Assembly: GCF_964213995.1 (NCBI RefSeq)
Contig: NC_135823.1
Coordinates: 1,178,001-1,242,000, forward strand
Source of the DNA: Mustelus asterias
Taxonomy: Eukaryota
Direction of reading: 5' to 3'
Length of the DNA: 64,000 nucleotides
Shown: positions 1-11,400 of the stretch, in pieces
Layout: the number at the start of each line of letters is the position of its first letter
Position numbering within the stretch: the stretch's first letter is position 1
Translations under genes and position numbers: made by a program
The notes under the pieces: generated by a model
The model's input: only the letters and a program-made list of their open reading frames with translations
Databases searched by the model: none
What the model was told of the DNA's origin: nothing

Positions 1-1840
1 CTTTGGCAGACAGAGTGAAGGAAAATCCAAAGAGCTTCTATAGGTATGTTAGGAACAAAAGGATAGTGAGGGATAAAATTGGTCCTCTTCAAGATCAGAG
101 TGGTAAACTGTGTATGGAACCAAAAGAGATGGGGGAGTTACTAAATAGTTCTTTGGCATCCATATTTACTGAGGAAACGGGCATGGAGTCTACGGAAATG
201 GGGCAAACAGGTAGCGAGGTCATGGAACCTTTACAGATTAAAGGGGAGGAGGTTCTCGCTGTCTTGAGGCAAATCAGAGTGGATAAATCCCCAGGACCTG
301 ACAGGGTATTCCCATGGACCTTGAGGGAAGCTAGTGTTGAACTTGCAGGGGCCCTGGCAGACATATCTAAAAGGTCAGTATTCAGGGGGGAGGTGCCGGA
401 TGATTGGAGGTTGGCTCATGTTGTTCCGTTGTTTAAAAAAGGTTCCAAAGGAAATCCGGGAAATTATAGGCCAGTAAGTTTGACGGCGGTGGTGGGCAAG
501 TTATTGGAAGGTGTGATAAGGGATAGGATCTACAAATATTTGGATATACAGGGACTTATTAGGGAGAGTCAACATGGCTTTGCGTGTGGTAGGTCATGTT
601 TGACCAATCTATTAGAGTTTTTCGAGGAGGTTACCAGGAAAGTGGATGAAGGGAAGGCGGTGGATGTTGTCTACCTGGATTTCAGCAAGGCCTTTGACAA
701 GGTCCCCCATGGGAGGTTAGTTAGGAAGGTTCAGTCGCTTGGTATACATGGGGAGGTAGTAAATTGGATTAGACAGTGGCTCAATGGAAGAAACCAGATA
801 GTGGTTGTGGAGGATTGCTTCTCTGAGTGGAGGCCTGTGACTAGTGGTGTGCCACAGGGATCAGTGTTGGGTCCATTGTTGTTTGTCATCTATATCAATG
901 ATCTGGATGATAATGTGGTTAATTGGATCAGCAAGTTTGCTGATGATACAAAGATTGGAGGTGTAGTGGACAGTGAGGAAGATTTTCAAAGCTTGCAGAG
1001 GGATTTGGACCAACTAGAAAAATGGGCTGAAAAATGGCAAATGAAATTTAACGCAGACAAGTATGAGATGTTGCACTTTGGAAGGAAAAAACAAAGTAGA
1101 ACGTACAAGGTAAATGGTAGGACTCCGAAGAGTGCAGGTGAACAGCGGGATCTGGGAATACAGGTACAGAATTCCCTAAAAGTGACGTCACAGGTGGATA
1201 GGGCCGTAAAGAGTGCCTTTGGTACATTGGTCTTTATAAATCGGAGTATGGAGTATAAAAGTTGAAGTGTTATGGTAAGGGTTTATAAGGCATTGGTGAG
1301 GCCGAATTTGGAGTGTTGTGTACACTTTTGGTCACCTCGTTACAGGAAAGATGTAAGTAAGGTTGAAAGAGTGCAGAGAAGGTTCACAAGGATGTTGCCG
1401 GGACTTCAGAAGCTGAGTTACAGAGAGAGATTGAATAGGTTGGGACTTTATTCCCTGGAGCGTAGAAGATTGAGGGGAGATTTGATAGAGGTGTATAAGA
1501 TTTTGATGGGTATAGATAGAGTGAATGCAAGCAGGCTTTTTCCACTGAGGCTCGGGGAGAAAAAACCCCAGAGGGCATGGGTTAAGGGCGAAAGGAGAAA
1601 AGTTTAAGGGGAATATTAGTAGAGAGTGGTGGGAGTGTGGAATGAGCTGCCGGATGAAGTGGTAAATGCACTTTTAACATTTAAGATAAACTTGGACGGG
1701 TTCATGGCTGAGAGGGGTGTGGAGGGATATGGTCCAAGTGCAGGTCAGTGGGACGAGGCAAAAAATGGTTCGGCACAGACAAGAAGGGCCAAAAGGCCTG
1801 TTTCTGAGCTGTAATTTTCTATGGTTCGATGGTTCTATGG
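1..1840 (+). mobile_element. CR1-clade (HER1-like) LINE, 3' portion with RT domain
   Basis: ORF 3..1265 has KSPGPD, YRPVSL, DFSKAFD, GVPQGSVLGP, FADD; premature stop at 1263-1265; (TATGGTTC)n tail; very similar to 58505-60090. Confidence 0.95.
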
Positions 1841-2071
1841 GAGATATCTTTAAATTGGAACACGAGAGATAGATAGCTGTTGATATAATACGGTGTGATG
1901 TTTAATTCTCGTAATTGGTAAAAGTGAAGCCACTTCTTTTTAGTGGGTCACTTGAATCATACTCGGAGTGAAACACCTTATGATCACGATAATGCCAAAA
2001 TCAAACGTAACACTTAGGGTCTAGGCTTGCTACACAGAAACTTTGAAGTTTCTAGCCTGGGTCTTCACACC
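1841..2071 (+). mobile_element. 3' part of a solo LTR, paralogous to 39280-39982
   Basis: Similar to about 39760-39982 and shares the same right-flank junction. Confidence 0.6.
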
Positions 2072-2795
2072 ACTCCCAGAGGAAATAGCTACTCTCGGTC
2101 GATCCTAATATATTATTCCGCTATTTTAGGAAAATCAGACCGCCCCTTAATCTTCGAAACTCACGGGAATACAAACATATTCTCTGCACCTGAATCACCC
2201 TTCGCCATTCACGATGGTATTTTTTGCTGATTTCATTCTGCACCGTTTAAAATATAGACATCCACATGATCAACTGTCAGTGATTTGGTCCCATTAGACA
2301 AACTTTCTCGATTTATCAGTTGCATCTTTCCACTTAACCCACTGTTCCTATCCCCTGCAGCATTCCCGAGGATGGAAAGCCTCCAACGTGTTCTGCAGTG
2401 CAACTGAATCATCGATCCTAACAAAGACTACTTAACAGGAAGCACTTAATGTCCCCTGGAGTGATACACTTAATATTGCTCCTAATTGTTAATGAGAGAT
2501 TCTCCGCGTTTTGTGGCTGGACATCGGGTTTTGTAGACAATGATAACACTCTTACGCGATTCCCTGGTATATCTTACTCCTCAGGGGGGAAAGATGTATC
2601 AACATTTTGTCGACAATATTGCCTCAATATTTCTTCCTGGATTATTCGGGGAATGACGCTGATTTAAATACATTCCACGCCGATTTAGACACCGGTATGA
2701 TCCCGGAAGTCTGAAAACGAGGTTTCGTGAACACCACGCAACAAATGTTTGCTTGGGACAGAACATGGACGGGCCCAGTTCGATAGTTTTATCGA

Positions 2796-4018
2796 TCAGC
2801 GCAAGCATGCAATAGCCAGCCTTCTGTCCTCTGGGAAAGACAAGGCCAAAGTGGCGGAGGGGGAGGCAGGTTAGACGGAAGCAGTTTATGTCCATTTGTG
2901 CAGAGTGAACAGGATGAACGACCAGGAGTATAATATCGTCACTAATAAAGATGACAGTCAATTCGTGAGGAAAGTCTTTCCTCATTGGATAGGGATAATG
3001 TGGAAATAGTCCCCACAGTCATCCGATCTACAGAGATGCATTTGATTGGGAAACTGAATAAACTGAGGAAAAATAAATGAATTAAATAGTGGGTTAATGG
3101 TGGGGGTGGGGTGTGGGATCTGGGGTTGGGGATAACGGCGATTATATAGATGTAGGAGGAAGTTCATGTGAAATATAACGACCAGCTCGGAGTGGATGGC
3201 ACAGAGCCCGCTTATCAAAAGATGCAATTATAATACAAAGGGATAGGGAGAATTGGACTAGGTGAAACCGGCATTAAAATATTTGCATCCTTTTGAATCT
3301 TTCTTCTTTCGATACTTGTTTGCAGAAAACAGAATATAGTAAGGTGTTTGGGATGAATGCAGCGCAACATTCTGCTATCCCCTGTGCCCATTCGAATTTC
3401 ACAAACAGTCATGTTGCTGAATTCAGCAACATTATCTGTTCAACACAGTTTAGGTCAGTCTCAACGCGTGTTTAGCATTCGATAGAAGCTGTTTCTCTTG
3501 TTGCAGACTAAGCTGTGCGCGGCCTCTTAATCTATAAACAGGAAACTCTGAACCACAATTCACACTGCACTGAGGTTTTCAATGCGCCATTTTCACCGCA
3601 GCACCTTGTGTCTGCAAAACGCGCATTTTCACCTTGGTTCCCGATTCCCTGTGTTACCACAGCCCACCAGCTTTGTAACACCTTGAACGTTGTAGCATCT
3701 CTTTGCAATTTTGTGCCTTCGTCACTCCTCTTTTAGCGTAGCATATTTGCAGGGTTAGAGCCACTGAGATATAAGTCAAGTAGAAAATTAAGCCAATGCC
3801 TACTTTCTATAAAACGAATTTCATGGTGAAAGAATCAATCATTTGCAGTTGATCAGAAGCGTTCACGGGAAACATTCACCAATATATCCACTTGGACGTT
3901 CTGCTCCTTTGGACTGAGAAGGATTCCACGGTCATCACTAAAAATAACGTTTGCCTTTCTTTTTTTCTTGTTTCAACTTATATGCAGACATAATCAGTTT
4001 TGGAAAGGTCAGCCACGT
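2796..4018 (-). pseudogene. DAP10(HCST)/DAP12(TYROBP)-like signalling adaptor pseudogene, four exon remnants
   Basis: Exon 1 4018-3982 (ACG for ATG; WLTFPKLIMSA; donor ATAAGT for GTAAGT); exon 2 from 3763 (LALTLQICYA); exon 3 from 3027 (DDCGDYFHIIPIQ[23-nt insert]LTVIFISDDIILLVVHPVH); exon 4 2830-2796 (EDRRLAI..). Spacing of P, L, I and the TM Asp matches the DAP12/DAP10 TM exon. Confidence 0.55.
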
Positions 4019-5269
4019 TCAGGGCGGCAAGATGGCACTTCATGTCTTAAATGGAGTCCATGAGGAGAGAGGACCTTTGCCCAACCTATGTACAGAAACT
4101 TACCAATGTAAACTCTGTGCATGGAACTGTGGGGTGGCCGCACACCAGAGGAACATGGTCAATCAGAGGCACTCAATTGAGTGAAAAGTGTCAATGATTA
4201 TTTGATGATGGACACTTGCAAATAGCAGCAGGGCAGATGGAGAAATTTAAATTAAATTAAATAACGCATTTAGATTAAAATCTAGTCTAATCCATGGCAA
4301 CCATGATCAATATAATCGATCACTGATCTCTTTTCTGGGAGACAATCGACCGTCCATACCTGGTCTGGCCGAAATGTGCCGCCAGAAAAGTACCAGCAAA
4401 ACACTCATTTCCAGGGTGGGCAGAACACCTGGAATTACAATTTTGCCAGGTCATACGAAACGTAATGAATTAAACATCGTGATTTCTGAGTCAGAAAGAT
4501 AGTTCTGCATTTCAGTGCGTGCCGAAGAGGCAATTTCAGTTTGGTCACAAACATTGGAAAGGAGGGGCATATTGAGCGCGTCGACCCTCTTCCGTCTTAC
4601 AGTAACGTAGAGGCTGATCTGTATTTTCACTTCAGTTACCTGGCTTGGTTCAGCAACTTGTACTCACCTCCCCAACAAAAAACAGTTCAAAAATTTCTAA
4701 TTCCATCACCAATCGGCTTCAGTAAAAGGAGTTCCAGCTTCGTGAGAAAAAAAGGTGTGCTCCTTTGCTTTTACTGCGCTTCTAACTCACTTATCCAAGC
4801 GAATTAAAGTTGCGAGGGCGATAATATTGAGGTATCACATCTGGCTGGGGATTGAGTAACTCTCCAGTCAATAGTTTCAAAAGTTTCCTTTCCTGTTTTT
4901 TCAAGGCGCTGGTGCCAAGCTTGCGATATGACTTTGCTCACAGCTGGCGCTGTTTACCTTCAGCGCGAATGTTTCCAGCCAACCCATGTCTGAACACTGT
5001 AGTGTATTTTTCGTACTCAAATGCTCAACAGAAATAATTTGATAATAATAATAATAAGCATAAGTAATTAATTGACAATGTAATTTAATTTAACTGTATA
5101 TAATGAAGATTCATTGGTCGTGACGTCGTTTAACGTCCCTCAGTAACAGTGTAATGCAATACGCTTTGTGATTTTGAACATGTAAGTTGAAAAAGCATTT
5201 TAGAATCAGCATAAATCCCGATTTTGCACAGTGCTGACGGATGGAACAGATGTCATTGTCGGGAGAAAA

Positions 5270-7500
5270 ACATCTGAAAATTACAGGCAATTGAGTTTAT
5301 CTCCAGTGGTAGGGAAACTGGAGGAACAAATTCTGAAGGACAGAATTAACCTCCACTTGGGGAGACAAGTATTATTCAAGGATAGTCAGCATGATTTTGT
5401 CAAAGGGAAATCATGCCACACAAATTCAACTGAATTTTTCGAGGTGTGACTAGTTGTCAAGATGCGGGCAGTGCAGTTGATGTGGTCGGAATGGACTTCA
5501 GAAAGGATATTGATCAGGTCCCACATTGGAGGATGATGGCGAAGGTGAGAGCCCAAGGGTTCCAGTCAATTTTGCAAACTGGATCCAAAATTAATTGAGC
5601 GGCAGGAGGCAGTGCGTAATGGTGGAAAGTTGTTTTTGTGATTGGAAGTCCGTGTCCATTGGTGTTCCGCAGGGGTAGGTGCTGGGTCCCTTTTTGTTTG
5701 TAGTGTACACTAATAGAACATAGAACAGTGCAGCACAGAACAAGCCCTTCGGCCCACGATGTTGTGCCGAGCTTTATCTGAAACCAAGATCAAGCTATCC
5801 CACTCCCTATCATCCTGGTGTGCTCCATGTGCCTATCCAATAACCGCTTAATGTTCCTAAAGTGTCAGACTCCACTATCACTGCAGGCAGTCCATTCCAC
5901 ACCCCAACCACTCTCTGCGTAAAGAACCTACCTCTGATATCCTTCCTATATCTCCCACCATGAACGCTATAGTTATGCCCCCTTGTAATAGCTCCATCCA
6001 CCCGAGGAAATAGTCTTTGAACGTTCACTCTATCTATCCCCTTCATCATTTTATAAACCTCTATTAAGTCTCCCCTTAGCCTCCTCCGCTCCAGAGAGAA
6101 CTGCCCTAGCTCCCTCAAACTTTCCTCATCAGACCTACCCTCCAAACCAGGCAGCATCCTGGTAAATCTCCTCTGCAGTCTTTCCAGCGCTTCAACATCC
6201 TTCTTATAGTGAGGTGACCAGAACTGCACACAATATTCCAAATGTGGTCTCACCAAGGTCCTGTACAGTTGCAGCATAACCCCACGGCTCTTAAACTCCA
6301 ACCCCTGTTTATAAAAACTAACACGCTATAGGCCTTCTTCACAGCTCTATCCACTTGGGTTGCAACCTTTAGTGATCTGTGGATATGAACCCCAAGATCT
6401 CTCTGTTCCTCCACAGTCTTCAGAACCCTACCTTTGAACCTGTAATCCACATTTAAATTTGTCCTACCAAAATGAATCACATCACATTTAACAGGGTTAA
6501 ACTCCATTTGCCATTTTTCAGTCCAGCTTTGCATCCTATCTATGTCTCTTTGCAGACTACAAAAGCCCTCCACCTCATCCACTACTACACCAATCTTGGT
6601 GTCATCAGCAAATTTACTGATCCACTCTTCAGCCCCCTCCTCTAAGTCATTAATAAAAATCACAAAGAGCAGGGGACCAAGCACTGATCCCTGTGGCACT
6701 AATGATCTCGACGTGAATGTACGGGGTATGATAAGTCCCTTCGCGAATGACACATCTATGTAAATAGTAATGAGTAAAGCCGTAGCTCACAGGATGATGT
6801 AGAAGGGTTGGTCAGATGGTCAGAAAGTGACAAATGGAATTTAATCTAATAAGTGTGAGACGACACATTTTAGAAGAATCAACAAGGCAAAAGAATACAC
6901 AATGAATGGTTGGACATGGAGGAAGTACAAAGGATCAGAGGGACATTGATGTGCATGTCCAAAGATCTGTGAAGAGGGCAGGACAGGTAGATAAGCTCGT
7001 TCAGAAGGGTTATGTGGAATACTTGCCTTTATTAACCGAGGCTTTGTGTATAATAGCTAGGAAGTTGTTATGGAGCTGTATCAAACACTGCTCAGGGTAT
7101 AGCTGCAGTACTGGTCGCCACACTACAGGATAGAAGTGATTGTAGTCGGGAAAGCTCAGAGGAGATTCATCAGGATGTTGCCTGGCTTGGACCGTTTCAT
7201 GTATGAAGAGGGCTGGATTGGCTCGGTTTGTTTACCTTGGAGCGCAGAAGGCTGTGGGAGGGCCTGATTGAGGTTTAGAAAGTTGTGAGCGGCATAGATC
7301 GGATCGATAGCTATCCTATCGAGCAAAGGGGTCAGTAACCAGCCTGGGATATTGATTTAAGCTAAGGGGCAGGAGAGGTGATGAACAACCTTTTCACTCA
7401 GAGGGTGGTGGGAATGTAGAACTCATTACCTGAAAGGGTGGTAAAGGTGAGAAACCTCACGACATTTAAGAAGGTATTCGATGAACACTTTAAACGGCTG
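5270..7500 (+). mobile_element. Old degenerate CR1-like LINE fragment interrupted by a younger LINE
   Basis: RT-like remnants (NYRQLSLSPVVGKLEEQILKDRI) at 5270-5710, resuming after 6700. Confidence 0.85.
5715..6696 (-). mobile_element. Nested 5'-truncated CR1-like LINE
   Basis: ORFs 6250..6753 and 5810..6301 (VPQGSVLGP, KFADD, LEYCVQFWSPH); flanked by CACTAAT at 5708-5714 and 6697-6703. Confidence 0.9.
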
Positions 7501-7945
7501 ATCATAGAAGGCTACTGAGTTTTTGGCATGTGAGTTTCTGGATTAATAGTCACGATGATACCACTCGGACATCCGCTCCTTTAATAATTGAATTCCTATA
7601 CATCAGGACAGAGCTGGCGAAGGAATGAGAAGGATTGCCAAGAAAATCCAGATGCCGCTGAACACAAATCGAAATTCATTACTCCTTCCGTTGCATTGCA
7701 CGCATCCTATTGCTTTGAAATGTACGGTTTATGTTAAGTACATCCACAAACTCACTGTGTAAAATAATGACGAAAAAAATTGGAAATTCCATGCATTTCT
7801 GTCTGGGCCCATCTCTCATTGCATTCCATTTCAACAAATCATCAAACTTCTCACACTTGAAGTATTGACAAACATCTGAATCATGGACTGATAGTGTCAG
7901 TTCAACAGAAATCACCACCTCATAAAGATTACATTTAATTATAAG

Positions 7946-7951
7946 TTTATT
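7946..7951 (-). terminator. Polyadenylation signal AATAAA of the VJ-C1 gene
   Basis: About 380 nt after the stop; also present at the equivalent position of the inverted paralogous 3'UTR (38601-38606). Confidence 0.55.
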
Positions 7952-8328
7952 GTTGATCATGATCAAGATAAATCATCGTTATAAAGATAGAATAATTATA
8001 ATATTCGCGCGTTGACATTTGCAAAGAGAATTGGTATAGTTCCTATGAGTAACATGAGCGATATGATCAGCAGAACATTTCCAGAGAAACTCAGGAAAGT
8101 CTCTGAGCATTGCTCAAATTTTCTTCAACAGCTGAAGAACATCGTTCCAGCGAAATATCCTAAACTCAATGTCCAATCATTTACAGTGAACGCTGGAGCC
8201 AAAGTTTGGCGGATGCGCGTGGAAAGTATAGCTGTTTGAAGGGAGTCTCATTGGCTCCATGGTTACTTCCACGAGACTGTGGAATTTTCTGAAAATTCTG
8301 CTTCCTCCATAACTCATCATTCGGCTTC

Positions 8329-8403
8329 TTATTTTCGACCCGCCTTCTTTTTTGATCTCTTTTCCAAGGCGGCCAAATCCAGGGAGGCGTAGATAGGTCC
8401 ACT
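8329..8403 (-). CDS. Exon 8, terminal coding exon SGPIYASLDLAALEKRSKKKAGRK* with ITIM-like tyrosine motif
   Basis: Acceptor atgtttcag; YxxL motif; stop TAA 8331-8329; downstream AATAAA; a paralogous copy exists at 38179. Confidence 0.75.
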   Translation of the reverse strand, partial: SGPIYASLDLAALEKRSKKKAGRK

Positions 8404-11400
8404 CTGAAACATTAACAAATCATAGAATGATCATAGAGAGCAACAGATTCCTTGCAGTGCAGAAGGAGGCCTTCGGCCCATACATATTTAAGATTACACC
8501 GAACCTCAAAAGCGTTACATAAAATCAGAGAATGCTACAGCTTAGCAGGAGACTATTCAGCCCAATGAATCCGTGTTGGATCTTTGAAAAAGCAATCCAC
8601 CTTTTATTCATTCGTGGGACATGGGCATCGCTGGCTTTGCACACTATTGGTTGTCTTTATTCAGAGGGCAGTTGAGAGTCAAACATAATGCTGTGACACT
8701 GAAGTTGCATATAGGCCAGACCAGATAAGAACGGCAGATTTATTTCCTGAAAGGACAATAGTGAACCAGACACGTTTTTCTGACAGTGGTTACATGGTCA
8801 TCAGTGGATTCTTAATTCCAGATTTTTTTCATTGCATATAAATGCTGCAATCTGGCGTTGCTGGATTCAAACACAATCCCAGGAAAATTAGCTGAATTTA
8901 TGGATTAATCGTCTCGCGATAAAACCGCAAGGCCATCGTATCCCATTTAGTCGAAACTTCACTCACTTTAATCATAATGCTCAGCAATGTTCATTCCAAC
9001 AAGTAGTTATCCAATTCCCTTTGAAAGTGTTTGTTTAACCCGCTTCCGTTGGCCTTCATCTCAATTGCAAAATTAGTGTCTTAACGCATCTGTGGAAGAA
9101 TTAGACCGTAACATCCCCAGACCATAAGACACAGAAGCAGAAGTTGGTTATTCTGGCATCAAGCCTGCTCCACCATTCAATGAGCTCATGACTGTTCTGA
9201 TATGACAGTTGTCAACTCCACTTTCCGACCTTATTCCCACAACCCTTGATTTTCTTACTGACTAAGAATCTGTCTATCTCAGCCTTGCATTTTCTTAACG
9301 GCTCAGCCCCTACAGGCTGCAATTGACTGAAATAACGTAGTCACAGAGAAGCAGAACTTGGAACGCTACTTACACATAAAACGCGAACACTTATGTCTGT
9401 CAATGTAATTACTGTTCAACAGCCAATCCGATTACCATGTTTCAACAAGTGTTATGTTCAAGCTTCTCTGGCCAGCGTCTCAGCATCTATTGTCTCAAAC
9501 CCCTTCAGAATCATACACCTTTTGGCCCATCAAGTTTGCACCGACTCTCGGACAGTGTATCTGAACCAGGCCCTCACCCCACCCTATGTCTGTATCCCCA
9601 CACATTTACCATGGCTAATCCATCTAAACTGCACATCTTTGGACTGTGGGAGGAAACCGGAGGACCCAAAGGAGACCCACGCAGACACGGTGAAAAGGTG
9701 CAAACTCCACACAGACAGCCACCCAAGAAATCAAGCTTTGGCCCCTGGTGCTCTGAGGCAGCAGCGGTAACCACTGTGCCACCGTGCCACCGTGAATCTT
9801 TGAGTTTCGGCAAATCTCTCATACGTAATCGCAACCAGCCGCACACAATCGAGTGTATTGGCAAAATTGAACAACGGGACAGATACCGCACGGAAAAAGG
9901 CCATTCCCCCATCATGTCTGTGCTGTCCAGAAAAAACGCAGTCTATTCTATTCTAATCCCACTGTCTTGCAACCAATTTTTAGGTTACAACAGTTTACAT
10001 ACATATTCAGATCCCCTTTAAATAACTAAAACTTCCACCGTCAAACCAGAAAGTGAATTCCAAATACCAGCCACTGTGCAATTACTTTGCGTCATTCCTG
10101 AGGTGCTTCAACCCCTAATCGTTGACCCCCACTTGTTGGAATTTTATACACCGTTCGAACGTAGTAAATTCGGCAGCGCCTTTGCAAACAGTATGATCCA
10201 ATAAGGAACAATTCAACAATGAGCCAGGTAAATTGTCATATCTTTAGATGTTTGTTGAGGGATTAAATACCGACGAGAACACGAGAGCGAACACTGCACG
10301 ACACGGACAGAAACACTCTCGCTCCCATAGACTCAGGCAAGCTAACACGCACATGCGCCAGGACTCACCTGGTGAAGGAGCAACGCTCCGAAAGCTCATG
10401 ATTCCTAATAAGCCAATTGGACTTTAATCTGGTGCCCACCCCAGTCCAAAGCCGACAATTCCTCCTCATGATATACAAACACACACACACACAAACACAC
10501 ATACAGATACAAACACACAGAAACGTTCTCGTTCACACGCAGCCTCAGAATCACTTACACATATAGCCACAGATGCACACACAAACACACACAATCACGC
10601 AATTGTTCACTCATATACCGTCTCCCTCAAACACATATTCTCTCTCTCTGAGTCTGCCCCTCAGGCATACACGCATTCACCTGTCCCGCTCAACGCACAC
10701 ACAATCTCTCACCAAAACTTTGAGAAAGTTACAGAAAGAGAATCTCATAATCTCACACACACAATCTCTCAACAACACAAACAGAGAGACACACATGGAA
10801 TCTCTCTCACACACAGACTCAAACCGACGCATATAGAGAATCCGACGGTGCAGCAGAATGTCATTCGGTCCATCAAGTCTGCGCCGACCACAATCCCATC
10901 CAAGTCCTATCCCCATAACCCCATGTATTTAATCTAGCTCGTCCGCCTGACATTAAGGGGCAATTTAGCATAGCCAACCCACCAAACCCTCACATCTTTG
11001 GACGGTGGAAGGAAGCCGGAGCACCTGGAGGAAACCCATGCAGACACGTGGAGAGTACGAAAATTGTACGCAGACAGTAACCCACGCTGGGAATCGAGTC
11101 CCTGGCGCTATTAGACAGCAGTGCTAACCACTGTGCCACCGTGCTGCCCCAATATACGCAGAGAATCTCTCATCCACACAAACCCACACAGACGCATACA
11201 GAGAGATATAGAGACAGATAATCTCTCTCACACACACGAACACACAAACACGATCTCACACCGACACGCACCAAGAGATAGACACAGAAGCTCACACAGG
11301 TGCACACCTTCGCCGTGTAATTACAGCACAAACCATCTTTTGAATTCTCGATAAACTACCATGAGATGGACACCATAAACGTTTGAGGTTTATTTATTAG

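Noticed and set aside
3-1265. Long reverse-transcriptase ORFs (also 34658-37752, 58532-59867) as a novel RT system
   Set aside because: Ordinary CR1-clade LINE ORF2 fragments with stops, frameshifts and typical 3' tails.
2599-2985. 128-aa ORF with PGSYRC as an Ig domain
   Set aside because: No B-strand Cys or C-strand Trp at proper spacing; better explained as read-through of the adaptor pseudogene exons.
4852-5037. Similar short ORFs in three copies (4852, 41735, 52346) as a small gene family
   Set aside because: Similarity is explained by segmental duplication; no recognisable domain or splice structure.
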